A DNA stretch of 64,000 nucleotides, taken from assembly GCA_963707955.1 (NCBI GenBank), contig OY970176.1:1888001-1952000 (forward strand), in the 5' to 3' direction. A model generated the notes under the pieces. The model was not told the DNA's origin. It did no database searches and was given only the letters and a program-made list of their open reading frames with translations. The position numbers were made by a program, and so were the translations under genes. The stretch comes from Candidatus Bathyarchaeota archaeon (GTDB lineage Archaea; Thermoproteota; Bathyarchaeia; Bathyarchaeales; Bathycorpusculaceae). Below are positions 20,774 to 31,256 of this stretch, one piece after another. Positions within the stretch are counted from its first letter, which is position 1. Each line of letters opens with the position of its first letter.

Positions 20774-21310
20774 TCAGTCAACTGTCTTCGCCTCTTCAGT
20801 TTCAAGTTTTTCAATCACGATCCGACAGGGCATTGGAAGCTTTGCGCTTCCACGCTTAAGAGATTCCTTGGCGAGTTCAACAGCGTCCCCGTTCACGAAA
20901 ACGCTGATGATCGTCTGGTTGGGTCTGACGCGTGCGGCTGTGCCTATTGGTTTTCCGAAAGATCTGCGCATACCATCTTGAAGACGATCTGCGTGTGCGC
21001 CGAAAATCATCTTGTTCTCCCGAAGTATGGTGTGCGGGTAGGGACGAACCTGTAACTGATAATTGTTAACCAGCTTCTCCATCAACAAGCGGTTCGTCGC
21101 CACACGGGCAGCTTCTAAAGCGTTGTGACGAATCTGCGCCGCTTCGAGGGATATGAGTTTTCCCTCGTATCCAAAGCTGGATTTTGTGTCGCCCATGGTG
21201 AACTTGGTTATTTTGGGCTGGGGAAAACCCTTTATGAACTCTCTTCTCGTGTAAGCTTGTCCTTTTACGGCTCTGTAGTTTTTTGCTTTCATGGTGGTTC
21301 CCTTTAGCAT
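20774..21310 (-). CDS. rpl10e: 50S ribosomal protein L10e (uL16); start may be 21292
   Basis: QIRHNALEAARV, YPHTILRENKM, GAHADRLQDGMRRSFGKP, KLP. Confidence 0.97.
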   Translation of the reverse strand: MLKGTTMKAKNYRAVKGQAYTRREFIKGFPQPKITKFTMGDTKSSFGYEGKLISLEAAQIRHNALEAARVATNRLLMEKLVNNYQLQVRPYPHTILRENKMIFGAHADRLQDGMRRSFGKPIGTAARVRPNQTIISVFVNGDAVELAKESLKRGSAKLPMPCRIVIEKLETEEAKTVD

Positions 21311-21464
21311 ACCTTAAGCCGCTGTATTTAAACATTTAACAGTCAAAGCAGAACATACTTCTATAAATGATTGATTTGTTTTCTGGTTCACTGATACGTA
21401 TTTTGAGCCCACTTTGCCCCTGTGGTGTATTTCTCTGCCGTTCTAAAACACGACGTTGCAAACC

Positions 21465-21986
21465 TCACGGCAGTAGCCTTTTGTTCTTGAGCCATGCTTT
21501 GGCCAGCTCCTCGTAGTTTGGAAAGACTTTTTTCAGGGTTGGAATGTACATCTGCATTTCTTCCTCGCTCATGTACTGAAACTGGTATTCTCCCATGTAC
21601 GGTGAGGGCTGGCCTTCTCTTGTTACGAATTCCACGTGCATGAAAGGGTCTCCTCTCTTGATTATGATGGGATGATGGTCGTTGCTGAGGTTCACTACTT
21701 CAAGGGCTAGTCGGCCGATGAATCCGCTGTGCACCTTCGCGGCGTTCAGGAAGGACAGGCCCATTCTACCGTACTTGCTCTTTGCAGTCATGTGAGCAAC
21801 GTAGTTTGGCGGGACGAAGACTATTTCGTGGGATATCAGGTTTTTATGCTCCATGTAGTGTAGGGTTGTTTCTTCCCTGACAGTCAGAATGTAGCCGTCG
21901 CCGTCGAGTAGGTTGTAATCGTAAGGGTATACGATTTTGTAACTGTCGATGAGTTCCTTCAACTTGTCTTTGCCCAAGACACACAT
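21465..21986 (-). CDS. dCTP deaminase/dUTPase-superfamily protein
   Basis: AKSKYGRMG, VHSGFIGRLALEVVN and YMGEYQFQ match the trimeric dCTP deaminase pattern, with divergent residues. Confidence 0.75.
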   Translation of the reverse strand: MCVLGKDKLKELIDSYKIVYPYDYNLLDGDGYILTVREETTLHYMEHKNLISHEIVFVPPNYVAHMTAKSKYGRMGLSFLNAAKVHSGFIGRLALEVVNLSNDHHPIIIKRGDPFMHVEFVTREGQPSPYMGEYQFQYMSEEEMQMYIPTLKKVFPNYEELAKAWLKNKRLLP

Positions 21987-22078
21987 TTGCTGAGATCCCC
22001 TGAGTGCTTTCCTAGCAATATTGAAGCTCTGTTGTTATATAGCTTTTTGATAGAACAGTAGAATGGGAAGAGTGACTC

Positions 22079-22678
22079 ATGAAGTGCCACTACTGTTGCA
22101 GAGACGCAGTGTTCAAGTGCGGTTTGTGCGGGAAGTTTCTCTGCGGAGAGCATGCACAACTCAGAACCGCCTGTCCCGAATGCGTAAGGAAAACTAAACT
22201 CGAATACACTATTGACAGAGCGACTTCTGAGGAGAAAAAGAACGAGATCGGAGGGTTTGTTAGAGGTTTTTGGGGAGAAGAAGAGCAGCTGACCTTTGAC
22301 CGAAAATTCAAGGTTACAGAACTGCCAGCGTACGTTGCGAGATTCAAAGACGGCGTAGTTGGCTTCATCTCTACTGCAGAGGTGGATGATGCTATCATCA
22401 TTGTAGCCTTAGGGGTCTTGCCTCAGTATCAAAGCTCAGGCTTGAGCAAAGGACTTGTTAAGAAAGTCGAAGATGGGGCTATTCGAAGAAAAAAGAAAAG
22501 GCTACTTGTTTCAACGTCGAACGATGATTTACCTGCATTGGCCTTCTACCAGTCTGTTGGCTTCCAGATTTGCGGAGTGAAGCCTAACGTCATAGCTGAG
22601 AAACACGGAAAAATTCTTATGGGCATAGGAAACCTGCCGATAAGAGACGAGTTAAGGCTTCAGAAAAGACTAGGATGA
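22079..22678 (+). CDS. GNAT acetyltransferase with N-terminal Cys/His Zn finger
   Basis: CHYC..CGLCGKFLCGEH..CPEC, then GNAT motifs (GVLPQYQSSGL, STSNDDLPALAFYQSVGF). Confidence 0.8.
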   Translation: MKCHYCCRDAVFKCGLCGKFLCGEHAQLRTACPECVRKTKLEYTIDRATSEEKKNEIGGFVRGFWGEEEQLTFDRKFKVTELPAYVARFKDGVVGFISTAEVDDAIIIVALGVLPQYQSSGLSKGLVKKVEDGAIRRKKKRLLVSTSNDDLPALAFYQSVGFQICGVKPNVIAEKHGKILMGIGNLPIRDELRLQKRLG

Positions 22679-23188
22679 TCAGTTTTCCTGAGAGAAAGTC
22701 TCAAGCAGGGTTTTCGTGATCTTCTTAGCAACGGCGTCAACTTCTGGGGATAGACCCTCTCCGAAATCGGTCTCTTTAGGTTCTATGAGTAGTAGCGCGA
22801 TCCTCGCTTTGGTTGCCTTGGAAAGGTACTCGCAAAATATGCGTAGCGGAAGCATGTGGGTTGAGAATGCAGGCGTGGCTATCAGTTTTTCGGGTTCATG
22901 AAGCTCAGAGTCACCGGGTTTTAATCCTAGAACTGCTGCGTCTATGAGGAGAATGTGTGTCGGGTTGAAGTCGATTATTTGCTCGATGTAGCTTTCCGGA
23001 ATCGTTTCACACTCGACTAGAAGGACTTTTTTCGAGACTTTTCCTTTCAGGTTCTGGACGATTTTGACCCCGATGAAGTCGTCCCTGCGTATTGGATTTC
23101 CGATTCCGGCTAGAACAAGCCTTTCAGCTCTTCCTAGCCACTTGCTCAACTCTTCTTGGACATTATACTTCACAGTTTTGTTTGGCAT
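22679..23188 (-). CDS. hycI: Hydrogenase maturation protease (HycI-like)
   Basis: GIGNPIRRDDFIG, CETIPES, LIDAA, FSTHMLPL, FGEGLS; follows mvhA. Confidence 0.92.
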   Translation of the reverse strand: MPNKTVKYNVQEELSKWLGRAERLVLAGIGNPIRRDDFIGVKIVQNLKGKVSKKVLLVECETIPESYIEQIIDFNPTHILLIDAAVLGLKPGDSELHEPEKLIATPAFSTHMLPLRIFCEYLSKATKARIALLLIEPKETDFGEGLSPEVDAVAKKITKTLLETFSQEN

Positions 23189-23234
23189 TAGAAATCGCCG
23201 CGGAAGCAGAAAATGAAGGAGTGAGAAAGGGGGT

Positions 23235-24689
23235 TTACCTTTTCACGATCTTGATTAGTTTTTTCTCGTAGTCGTAGATCTCGACCGTCAGCGGCATCTG
23301 TCCAACTGCGTAGTGTGTTGCGCATCCGAAGCACGGGTCGTAGGCTCTGAAAGCCATTTCTACCATGTTGAGTAGGCCTTGGTTCACTTCGCCACCGTGA
23401 ATCAGGCCTTTGGCTGCGTCACGGATCGACATGCAGATTGCTGGATAATTGTTGGTCGTGGCAACGATCATGTTGACGTCTTTGACCAGGGCATCCTTAT
23501 CCAACACGTAGTGGTGGTAGAGCGTACCTCTTGCTGCTTCGACGACGCCTACGCCCTCACCGGGTTCACCTGGTTTAGCGCGTATGTTCGTGCCCGTAAT
23601 CTCTGGGTCTCTTACCAGTTCTAGGGCTCGTTCAGTAGCGTAGAGCAACTCAATTAGCCGTGCCCAGTGGAAGGCCAGGGTGCCGTGCACAGGTTTGCCG
23701 CCGAGAGTCTTGTACATCTCGTCGTGCTCGGCTTGAGCCAGCGGTGTGGCCATGCCGCTCGAAGCGTTCAGTCTTGCAAGCGGGCCGACTCGGTAAACTC
23801 CGCTGTCAGGTCCGTAAACTAGACCCTTCCATCCCACCTTCTTCAAGTATGGGAACTTCGAGTAAGTCCACTCTTCCACGTGTTCGGCGACGTGAGTCAA
23901 GTAGTCTTTAGGTTCAAACTTCAGGAATTCTTTCCCATCGGGATCGACTACCCTGATTTTTCCGTCGTAGAAGTTCACTTTGTTGTTCTCGTCGACAAGG
24001 CCCATGTAGTATGTCTTCATAGTGTAGGCGTCGCTCTTGATCATGTCAACATACTTGCTGTTGCCCAGAACGATGTCGTGGAATATTTTAAGCGTCAGTT
24101 TCGCGAATTCCAGCGATGACGCGGCCATCTTTTCGATTTCCTGTCTGTTCTCTTCGGTGAGGGCCTTAGAGATTCCGCCGGGCAGTCCGCACACGGGGTG
24201 CGTCGCTTTTCCTCCGAGAATCTCTGTTATCTTTTGACCGTAGGCTCTGTGTTTGATGACTTCTTTGGCAACGTCCATGCCTGCTTTTTCAATGACGCCA
24301 AGGATGTTTCTTTTCTCAGGCGGAGCGTCGGGGCCGACTATGAAGTCTGGGCCCCCTAGGTAGTAGAAGTGGAGTGTGTGGTCGTAGATGATGTATCCAG
24401 CGTACATGAGTTCCCTGAGTTTCTTGGCTGTGGACGGTGGTTCAACGTTGAAAGCAGCGTCTAAGGCTTTAACTGAAGCGAAGTGATGGGCAACAGGGCA
24501 GACTCCGCAGATTCTGGTGGTCAAAATCGGCATGAGTTCAGCTCTTCTTCCGATGCAGAACTGCTCGAAACCTCTCAGTTCGGGAATCTTCAGGTAAGCG
24601 TTTTCTACTTCTCCTGCATCGTTGAGAAATATTGAAACGTTCCCGTGGCCCTCGAGTCTCGTGATCGGGTCGATGACTATTTCCTTCAT
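23235..24689 (-). CDS. mvhA: Group 3c [NiFe]-hydrogenase large subunit
   Basis: ITRLEGHG, L1 RICGVCP, L2 RAYDPCFGCATH plus cleavable C-terminal tail. Confidence 0.95.
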   Translation of the reverse strand: MKEIVIDPITRLEGHGNVSIFLNDAGEVENAYLKIPELRGFEQFCIGRRAELMPILTTRICGVCPVAHHFASVKALDAAFNVEPPSTAKKLRELMYAGYIIYDHTLHFYYLGGPDFIVGPDAPPEKRNILGVIEKAGMDVAKEVIKHRAYGQKITEILGGKATHPVCGLPGGISKALTEENRQEIEKMAASSLEFAKLTLKIFHDIVLGNSKYVDMIKSDAYTMKTYYMGLVDENNKVNFYDGKIRVVDPDGKEFLKFEPKDYLTHVAEHVEEWTYSKFPYLKKVGWKGLVYGPDSGVYRVGPLARLNASSGMATPLAQAEHDEMYKTLGGKPVHGTLAFHWARLIELLYATERALELVRDPEITGTNIRAKPGEPGEGVGVVEAARGTLYHHYVLDKDALVKDVNMIVATTNNYPAICMSIRDAAKGLIHGGEVNQGLLNMVEMAFRAYDPCFGCATHYAVGQMPLTVEIYDYEKKLIKIVKR

Positions 24690-25672
24690 TTTTTCATCAC
24701 TTTCCTTCTGAGAATCGATGATGGTAACGAGTACATGTAGAAAGTTCCCACAGGGTCTTTGACTTGGCTCATAAGCTTCTCAACTTCCTCTTCCGTGGCG
24801 TAGTGTTCCTGTTCGCCTTCCAGACCCATTATGGAGGCCAACGCACCTAGCATGGCTGACCCCTGCTCTGGCGCGTTAGGACACGGTCCGCCGCATCCTG
24901 TGCAAGGCATGTCAACCGTCAGGCATTGTGCTCCGCATCCGCTGCGGGTCGCTGGGCCCATGCATATGATCCCTTGCTCGAGCAAGCATCGTTCGGGCTC
25001 GGGAGTTTTTTCATGGACTCGGTATATCTTGGATATCTTTTTGTTTTCTTTCTTTCGCGGACATTCGTCGCACACAGACTTTAGGGGGGCAAGCACTGAG
25101 CCTTTTGGCGGTAACTCATTTTTGGCTATGGCTTCCACAGCGTTTACTATGAGTTTGACTGGAGGCGGGCATCCGGGCAAGTAATAGTCGACATCTACGG
25201 TTTGATCCAGAGTTTTGACTGTGTCATAAAACTCTGGAAGCTTCAGCACGCCTTCTTTCACTTCGGACCTTGTTTTGGGGACTACTCCTTTGGGGTTCGA
25301 GATCGACTTGCTTTCTAGATACACTTTACTGAAAATCTCTTTTCGATCGTGAAGGTTGGCAAGGCCAGGTACGCATCCTTCTTGGGCACATGAGCCGAAG
25401 GCCACGAGCGTCTTGGATTTGAGTCTCAAGAGCTTAGCCATGTGTTCTTGCTCTGCGCTCCTCACTGAACCGTTGAAGAAGCAGACGTCGATGTACTTGT
25501 CAGGCATGGCTTCGACGTCCTTGTATTTCACGTCCATAGCCACTGGCCAGAAGACTATGTCTGCAATGTTCACTACGTCTAGAATCTTCTCGTTCATGTC
25601 CAAGACTGCGATTTCGCATCCGCCGCAGCTCGCAGCCCAGTAGAGACCTATTTTCAGCTTTTCTTTAGGCAT
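24686..25672 (-). CDS. mvhG: [NiFe]-hydrogenase small subunit
   Basis: SCGGC, FGSCA, LPGCPP, SVCDECP, CLLEQGIICMGPATRSGCGAQC...CTGC. Confidence 0.93.
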   Translation of the reverse strand: MPKEKLKIGLYWAASCGGCEIAVLDMNEKILDVVNIADIVFWPVAMDVKYKDVEAMPDKYIDVCFFNGSVRSAEQEHMAKLLRLKSKTLVAFGSCAQEGCVPGLANLHDRKEIFSKVYLESKSISNPKGVVPKTRSEVKEGVLKLPEFYDTVKTLDQTVDVDYYLPGCPPPVKLIVNAVEAIAKNELPPKGSVLAPLKSVCDECPRKKENKKISKIYRVHEKTPEPERCLLEQGIICMGPATRSGCGAQCLTVDMPCTGCGGPCPNAPEQGSAMLGALASIMGLEGEQEHYATEEEVEKLMSQVKDPVGTFYMYSLPSSILRRKVMKK

Positions 25673-26561
25673 ATGCTTTTACCTCACAGACTTGTCCTAA
25701 TATCTTTGAGCAGTCAACTCGAAGCTCGTTAAACGCCAGTTCCTCAGGTGGCAATCCCATCGCTAAACCGAGCAGCTGTGGATAGTGCAGCACGGGGATG
25801 CCGTAGACTTCGTTAAACATTTTCTCGATGCGAAGCTCGTTTGTGTCGTACATTATGTGGCAGAACGGGCAGATGGTTATCAGGGCCTGGGCTTCAACCT
25901 TCTTGATGTGATTGAGTTTGTCTCTGGCAAGCTGCAACGCAATTTTGTCGTTGACACCCACGCTTGGGGCGCCGCAGCATTCCGTTTCGTCCAAGTAGTC
26001 TAGACACGTCGCGCCTGTCGCTTCAATGAGAGTTTTGAGGGTCTGCGGGTCCTCAGGATCATCGAAACCGATGTACTCCTTGGGTCTCAAGATGTGGCAA
26101 CCGTTGTGTTCGGCAACTTTGATCATCGTGAGCGGTTTAACGATAGCCTTCTTTATCTTATCCAAGCCGACATCTTCGATCAGCACCTGCATCATGTGCT
26201 TCGCGTTTACGGTTCCCTTAAACTCCAACCCAGCTTCTTTCAGGTGCTTGTTGATCTCTTCGCGAAGAGCCCTGTCTTCCTTCAGCATCTTGCTGACTTT
26301 CTTGAGCGTTCCGGCGCAGCCAGGGCACAGGGCTATTATGTTCAGGCCTTTCTGTTCGGCCATGGCCAGGTTTCTGGCTGCCAGTACGAGCATCGTCTCG
26401 TGGCTTACAGGGTCTAGCGGTAAGCCGCAACAGTTGAACTCGGGCATTTCAACAAGCTCTACTCCTAGTTTTTGCAGGACTTTGCGAGCTGAGATTTCGT
26501 AAGCTGAAACACGGTAGGGAATTGCACACCCGAGAAACATGAGGTACTTGAGCTCGGCCAT
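25665..26561 (-). CDS. hdrB: Heterodisulfide reductase subunit B (copy 1)
   Basis: Two CCG domains: FLGC..NCCG..CPGC and GCH..ECCG..CPFC; start taken at MAELKY. Confidence 0.93.
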   Translation of the reverse strand: MAELKYLMFLGCAIPYRVSAYEISARKVLQKLGVELVEMPEFNCCGLPLDPVSHETMLVLAARNLAMAEQKGLNIIALCPGCAGTLKKVSKMLKEDRALREEINKHLKEAGLEFKGTVNAKHMMQVLIEDVGLDKIKKAIVKPLTMIKVAEHNGCHILRPKEYIGFDDPEDPQTLKTLIEATGATCLDYLDETECCGAPSVGVNDKIALQLARDKLNHIKKVEAQALITICPFCHIMYDTNELRIEKMFNEVYGIPVLHYPQLLGLAMGLPPEELAFNELRVDCSKILGQVCEVKAYA

Positions 26562-26562
26562 T

Positions 26563-27093
26563 CTAGTCACTCTTCTTCTCAATGCACTTCATGAGGTTCA
26601 CGTCGTGGAGCGTTTTGCGTATGCTCTCGGGGTTGCCTTTCGGCAGCGGAGGCAGTCCCAGTGTTTGTCGCTTCTTCAATCTCAGTTCTGGAATCCTGTA
26701 AGCGTAGCCTGATTCAAGTATGCTTGCGGCTTCCTCTTTGAACACTTGTGGCACCATGCCTTGTTCAGCCGCTATGTTTCTCAGCACCCGTATGACGCTC
26801 GCAACTTCAACGTCCTGTGGGCATCTGTCTGTGCACGTGAAGCATGCAGCGCACAGCCATATCGTATCGCTCTTCAGCACTCGGTCCTTGAGTCCCAGGT
26901 GTGCCATGCGGATGATCTGTCTTGGACGGTAAGTTTCGCTGAACCTTGCAACTGGGCAGTCTGACGTGCATGTTCCACACTGGAAGCAGCGCATCAGTTT
27001 TTCCCCGCCGTGCATCTTTGCAACTTCATACTTGAATTTGGGGTCGATTTCGGAGGCTTGAATTGGTTTCTGCTTCTGTTCTTGTTCCGTCAT
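26563..27093 (-). CDS. hdrC: Heterodisulfide reductase subunit C (copy 1)
   Basis: CFQCGTCTSDCP and WLCAACFTCTDRCP. Confidence 0.93.
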   Translation of the reverse strand: MTEQEQKQKPIQASEIDPKFKYEVAKMHGGEKLMRCFQCGTCTSDCPVARFSETYRPRQIIRMAHLGLKDRVLKSDTIWLCAACFTCTDRCPQDVEVASVIRVLRNIAAEQGMVPQVFKEEAASILESGYAYRIPELRLKKRQTLGLPPLPKGNPESIRKTLHDVNLMKCIEKKSD

Positions 27094-27530
27094 TTCGCTT
27101 CATCCTCCATGTTTTTCACGGGGTTCGGCCCGATCTTCTTCAAGTCTTCCACCATGTCGCGCACGATCGTGGCAAACTTGTCTCCCTCACTCGCTGAGAC
27201 CCACTCGAGCCTCACGCGTTCCGGCTCGATTCCGAGTTCTTTCAAAGTGTTCTTCAGCAGAGTTATTCTTCTCAAAGCCTTAAAGTTTCCACTTATGTAG
27301 TGGCAGTCGGACGGCAGATGGCAGCCAGCGACGAGCACTCCGTCTGCGCCATCCTTGAAGGCCTCAAAAATGAAAGCTGGGTCGATTCTGCCGCTGCACA
27401 TGACGCGTATGATCCTGATGTTTGTTGGATACTGAATTCTGCTTACTCCTGCCAGATCCGCGCCTGCATAACTGCACCAATTGCACAGGAACCCGATTAT
27501 CTTTGGTTCAAACCCATCCTTGTCGCTCAT
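27090..27530 (-). CDS. mvhD: MvhD [2Fe-2S] subunit (copy 1)
   Basis: FLCNWCSYAGADLAG, RVMCSGR, GCHLPSDCHY, WVSASEG; real start ATG 27530 overlaps the hdrA stop. Confidence 0.95.
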   Translation of the reverse strand: MSDKDGFEPKIIGFLCNWCSYAGADLAGVSRIQYPTNIRIIRVMCSGRIDPAFIFEAFKDGADGVLVAGCHLPSDCHYISGNFKALRRITLLKNTLKELGIEPERVRLEWVSASEGDKFATIVRDMVEDLKKIGPNPVKNMEDEAK

Positions 27531-30500
27531 CGGCACACCTCCACCAGGGCAGCTTTGACCTGGGCAAGTATCTCTTCCGTAGTGAAGTGTCCTAATAAAA
27601 TTGCTTTGGTCGGGCATGCTGTTCCACATGCGCCGCAACCCTTGCACATGGCTTCGATCACATGCGCAATTGGCTTTCCATTCTTGTCCTTCATCTCAAC
27701 GGCGCCGTATGGGCACAGATGTTCACAAACTTTGCATCCGCTGCACAGGTCTTCGTTGACCTTTGCGATGATTCCTTCTGTCTCGAGCGTTTTCTTGGAC
27801 AGTATGGTTGTTGCCCTTGCGGCAGCCGCGCATGCTTGGGCAATGCTTTCGTCAATGTACTTCGGTGAGTGAGCCATTCCGCAGAGGAAGACGCCTTCTG
27901 TGGCAAAGTCAACAGGCCTGAGCTTCATGTGGACTTCCAAGAAGAACCCGTCTTTTGTGAGAGGTACTTTCAGCATTTCGGCCACATGCTTATTGTCAAT
28001 GTTCGGAATGGTCGCTGCGCTCAAGACCACCACGTCCGGTTCGACTGTCACTTCTTCCTTGAGTACAGGCTCCCAGAAGGTCACCTTGAGCTTGCCGTTC
28101 TCATTTACCACTCTTGGTTTCCGTTCGTCTTCATAATTGACGAACAAAACGCCCTTCGTTGAGGCTTCACGGTAGTAGTCCTCTTTGAACCCGTACGCGC
28201 GGACGTCTTTGTACAGGACTAGGACCTCTGTGTCAGGACATGCTTCCTTGATTTTCAAGGCGTTCTTTATTGCCTGCCCGCAGCATATTCTTGCGCAGTT
28301 TGGTCGTTCCTTGGTTCGAGCTCCGACACATTGAATCATGACAACGTTATTGGCCTTGAATGTGCCGTCTGCCAGCTTTTCCTCCAGCTCGTGTTGTGTA
28401 AGGATTCTCGGGTCTTGACCGTAAAGGTACTCTGTTGGCAGGTACTCGGTTGCGCCTGTGGCTATTATTACGACGCCAAGGTCGACTTCTTTTTCTTTGC
28501 CTTTGTGCGGCTTGATTTTTGCCTTGTAGTTGCCAACGAACCCTGTGATATCAGTTACTTCTGCGTCGGTGTAAACGTGTATTTTCTCGTTCTGTCTGAC
28601 CGCTTTGATCAAGCTGTCCAGCTTTTCCTTGGGCTTTTCATCCGGTTCAAGCAGGTAGTGAATTGTACGCAAATGTCCACCTAACTCTTTTTCCCGTTCA
28701 ACAAGATGAACATCGAACCCTTGGTTGGCGAGTTCAGAGGCCACAGTCATGCCTGCAACGCCGCCGCCTATGACCAAGCCGACTTGTGTAACGTTTATCC
28801 GAGGCTTCTCCAGCGGCTTCAGAAGGGCTGCCTTGGCAACTATCGACCTGACCAAATCCTTGGCTTTTTGAGTTGCCTTCTCAGGCTCGTGCATGTGCAC
28901 CCAACTGCACTGGTCCCGAATGTTGGTCATCTCGAAGAGGTATGGGTTCAGCCCGGCCTCTTGGACTGTTTCTTTGAATAGGGGTTCGTGCGTGCGTGGA
29001 GTACACGAGGCGACGACAACACGGTTTAGCTTATGCTCCTGAATTTTTTCCCTCATCAACTTCTGCGTATCTTGGGAACACGTGTAGACGTTTGCTTCTG
29101 CGTAAACCACGTTGGGCAAGGTCTTGGCATAGTCCACAACTCTGGGGACGTTCACCACGCCGCCGATGTTTATGCCGCAGTGGCAAATGAAAACTCCTAT
29201 TCGCGGTTGTTCTTTGCTTACGTCTCTTTCAGGCGGGTATTCTTTTGCAGTTATCAACTTTCCTCTTTCACTTGCGATTATGCCCATGGCCTTTGATGCT
29301 GCACCGCTTGATTGGGCAACGCTTTCAGGGATGTCCTTTGGTGCTGAAAAGGCTCCGCAGACAAACACGCCTGGCCTCGACGTTTCCATAGGCTCGAAGG
29401 TCTTTGTCTCGCAGAAGCCGTACTTGTTAAGCTTTATCCCTAGGATTTCAGCGAGTTTTTGAGCATTCTTAGGAGGCCGCATTCCAACTGAAAGGACAAC
29501 CATGTCAAACTCTTCTTTCTTGGGGTCCTCATTCTCAACGTAGTGCAGAACCAGGTTTCCAGTCAACGGGTCCTCTGAGATGCTTGCCACCCTTGACCTG
29601 ACAAAGTTTATGCCCCATTCCCCTTGGGCTCGGTTATAGTAGGCGTCAAACTCCTTTCCGTAGCAGCGCATGTCCATGTAGAAGATTGTACAATCCAGTG
29701 GGAAGGCGCTGTGCTCTTTGGCGATGACGGCTTCTTTGATGCCGTACATGCAGCATGCAGCAGAACAGTAGTTGTTTCCAAGCTGAGCGTCACGAGAGCC
29801 AACACATTGCACAAAAGCAATCTTTCGGGGTATCATCCCATCGAGTGGGCGCACGATTTTTCCGCCGAACGGGCCGGAAGCGCTCAGAATGCGCTCAAAT
29901 TCTATGCTCGAAACAACGTTCAAGAAACGGCCGTAACCATACTCTTTTTTCAGTCGGGGGTCAAATTCTTCAAACCCAGGTGCCAGTATTATGGATCCAA
30001 CGTTGATTTTGAGCGTTTCAGGCTTCTGATCAAAGTCCACGGCTTTAGCGGGACACACTCTTTCGCAGAGACGACATTTGATGCAGTGATCTTGGTCGAT
30101 GCAGTATTTCAGCGGCACTGCTTGGGGAAAAGGAACATAGATGGCTTTTCTTATGCCCATGTCAACGTCAAACTCATTCGGCACCTCAGTTGGGCAATTC
30201 TGTGCACAAACGCCGCAGCCCGTGCACTTTTCAACGTTCACAAGCGTTGGATGCTTCAGTATTGTGACTTCGAAAATCCCAGCTTCACCCTTAACCTCTT
30301 GTAATTCAGAATAAGTCAAGAGTTGAATGTTCGGATGTCTGCCTGCGGTAACGAGTTTCGGCGCCAGAATGCACATCGAACAATCGTTAGTTGGAAACGT
30401 TTTGTCCAGTTGCGCCATCGTTCCGCCGATGCTTGTTGATTCGTCAAGAAGGTAGACCTTAAAACCAGAATCCGCCAGATCCAAGGATGCTTGAATACCG

Positions 30501-30547
30501 GCGACTCCGCCGCCGACTACTAGAACGGCGCCGACCTTTCCGTTCAT
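27527..30547 (-). CDS. hdrA: Large HdrA (1006 aa) with two FAD-binding modules
   Basis: GGGVAG x2, LDKTFPTNDCSMC, 2x[4Fe-4S] insert, QCVGSR..CSAACC, internal CHCGINI..CS..CTPRTHE domain, QCVGAR..CARICC, C-terminal 2x[4Fe-4S]. Confidence 0.95.
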   Translation of the reverse strand: MNGKVGAVLVVGGGVAGIQASLDLADSGFKVYLLDESTSIGGTMAQLDKTFPTNDCSMCILAPKLVTAGRHPNIQLLTYSELQEVKGEAGIFEVTILKHPTLVNVEKCTGCGVCAQNCPTEVPNEFDVDMGIRKAIYVPFPQAVPLKYCIDQDHCIKCRLCERVCPAKAVDFDQKPETLKINVGSIILAPGFEEFDPRLKKEYGYGRFLNVVSSIEFERILSASGPFGGKIVRPLDGMIPRKIAFVQCVGSRDAQLGNNYCSAACCMYGIKEAVIAKEHSAFPLDCTIFYMDMRCYGKEFDAYYNRAQGEWGINFVRSRVASISEDPLTGNLVLHYVENEDPKKEEFDMVVLSVGMRPPKNAQKLAEILGIKLNKYGFCETKTFEPMETSRPGVFVCGAFSAPKDIPESVAQSSGAASKAMGIIASERGKLITAKEYPPERDVSKEQPRIGVFICHCGINIGGVVNVPRVVDYAKTLPNVVYAEANVYTCSQDTQKLMREKIQEHKLNRVVVASCTPRTHEPLFKETVQEAGLNPYLFEMTNIRDQCSWVHMHEPEKATQKAKDLVRSIVAKAALLKPLEKPRINVTQVGLVIGGGVAGMTVASELANQGFDVHLVEREKELGGHLRTIHYLLEPDEKPKEKLDSLIKAVRQNEKIHVYTDAEVTDITGFVGNYKAKIKPHKGKEKEVDLGVVIIATGATEYLPTEYLYGQDPRILTQHELEEKLADGTFKANNVVMIQCVGARTKERPNCARICCGQAIKNALKIKEACPDTEVLVLYKDVRAYGFKEDYYREASTKGVLFVNYEDERKPRVVNENGKLKVTFWEPVLKEEVTVEPDVVVLSAATIPNIDNKHVAEMLKVPLTKDGFFLEVHMKLRPVDFATEGVFLCGMAHSPKYIDESIAQACAAAARATTILSKKTLETEGIIAKVNEDLCSGCKVCEHLCPYGAVEMKDKNGKPIAHVIEAMCKGCGACGTACPTKAILLGHFTTEEILAQVKAALVEVCR

Positions 30548-30752
30548 AATTTTTCATCCTTGAATGGATTCAAAAGCTTTCCATATGTAAACCCCCTTAT
30601 TAATTTGATGTCATTTCTCACGTGAAATCTACGTTGTTCTAACAGCTTCGGGCACGGTCAAAACAGGCGTGTAACATCTCTTTTCTTGATCCATATGGAC
30701 GTTAAAGTCCAAAGCTATACTCTTATTAGCATGCGGTCCAAAGTAGAACTTA

Positions 30753-31256
30753 ATGGTGATTTCATTGAGTCACTTGGACGCCAACTTCATGCATGAAGTT
30801 GCTAACACGCCCAGGGGACGAGGGGTCCTTGCGTGTATACAGTGCGGAAGATGTACAAGCAGTTGTCCCGTTTCCAAGGTTGTACAAGAACATAACCCGC
30901 GAAAGTTGATGGAAATGATCATACTGGGCCTGCGTTCCGACGTGCTCGACGGACAGTTGCCATGGTACTGTCTATCATGTTTCACCTGCCTTGACAGGTG
31001 TCCACAAGGCGGAGACGTGGGAGAGGTCATGTTTGCAATAAGGAACTTGACGGCAAGGCAAGGAAACATTCCTGAGGGCATACTTGTCCAAGCTCAAAGT
31101 CTGTATGACAATGGACGAGTCGTGACTGCAGGCAGGATGGCCGTGATTCAAAGGGAGAAGTATGGTTTGTGCAAAGAACCGGCGGTTGATGTTAAAGCCG
31201 TGCAGAAGATTCTCAAAAAGACGCGTTTTGACAAGTTGCTGAAGAAGGGTTCGTGA
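30753..31256 (+). CDS. hdrC: Heterodisulfide reductase subunit C (copy 2)
   Basis: CIQCGRCTSSCP and WYCLSCFTCLDRCP. Confidence 0.92.
   Translation: MVISLSHLDANFMHEVANTPRGRGVLACIQCGRCTSSCPVSKVVQEHNPRKLMEMIILGLRSDVLDGQLPWYCLSCFTCLDRCPQGGDVGEVMFAIRNLTARQGNIPEGILVQAQSLYDNGRVVTAGRMAVIQREKYGLCKEPAVDVKAVQKILKKTRFDKLLKKGS

Noticed and set aside
30575-30700. Repeated CCATATG in the divergent hdr promoter
   Set aside because: Only two short copies; too weak to call an operator.
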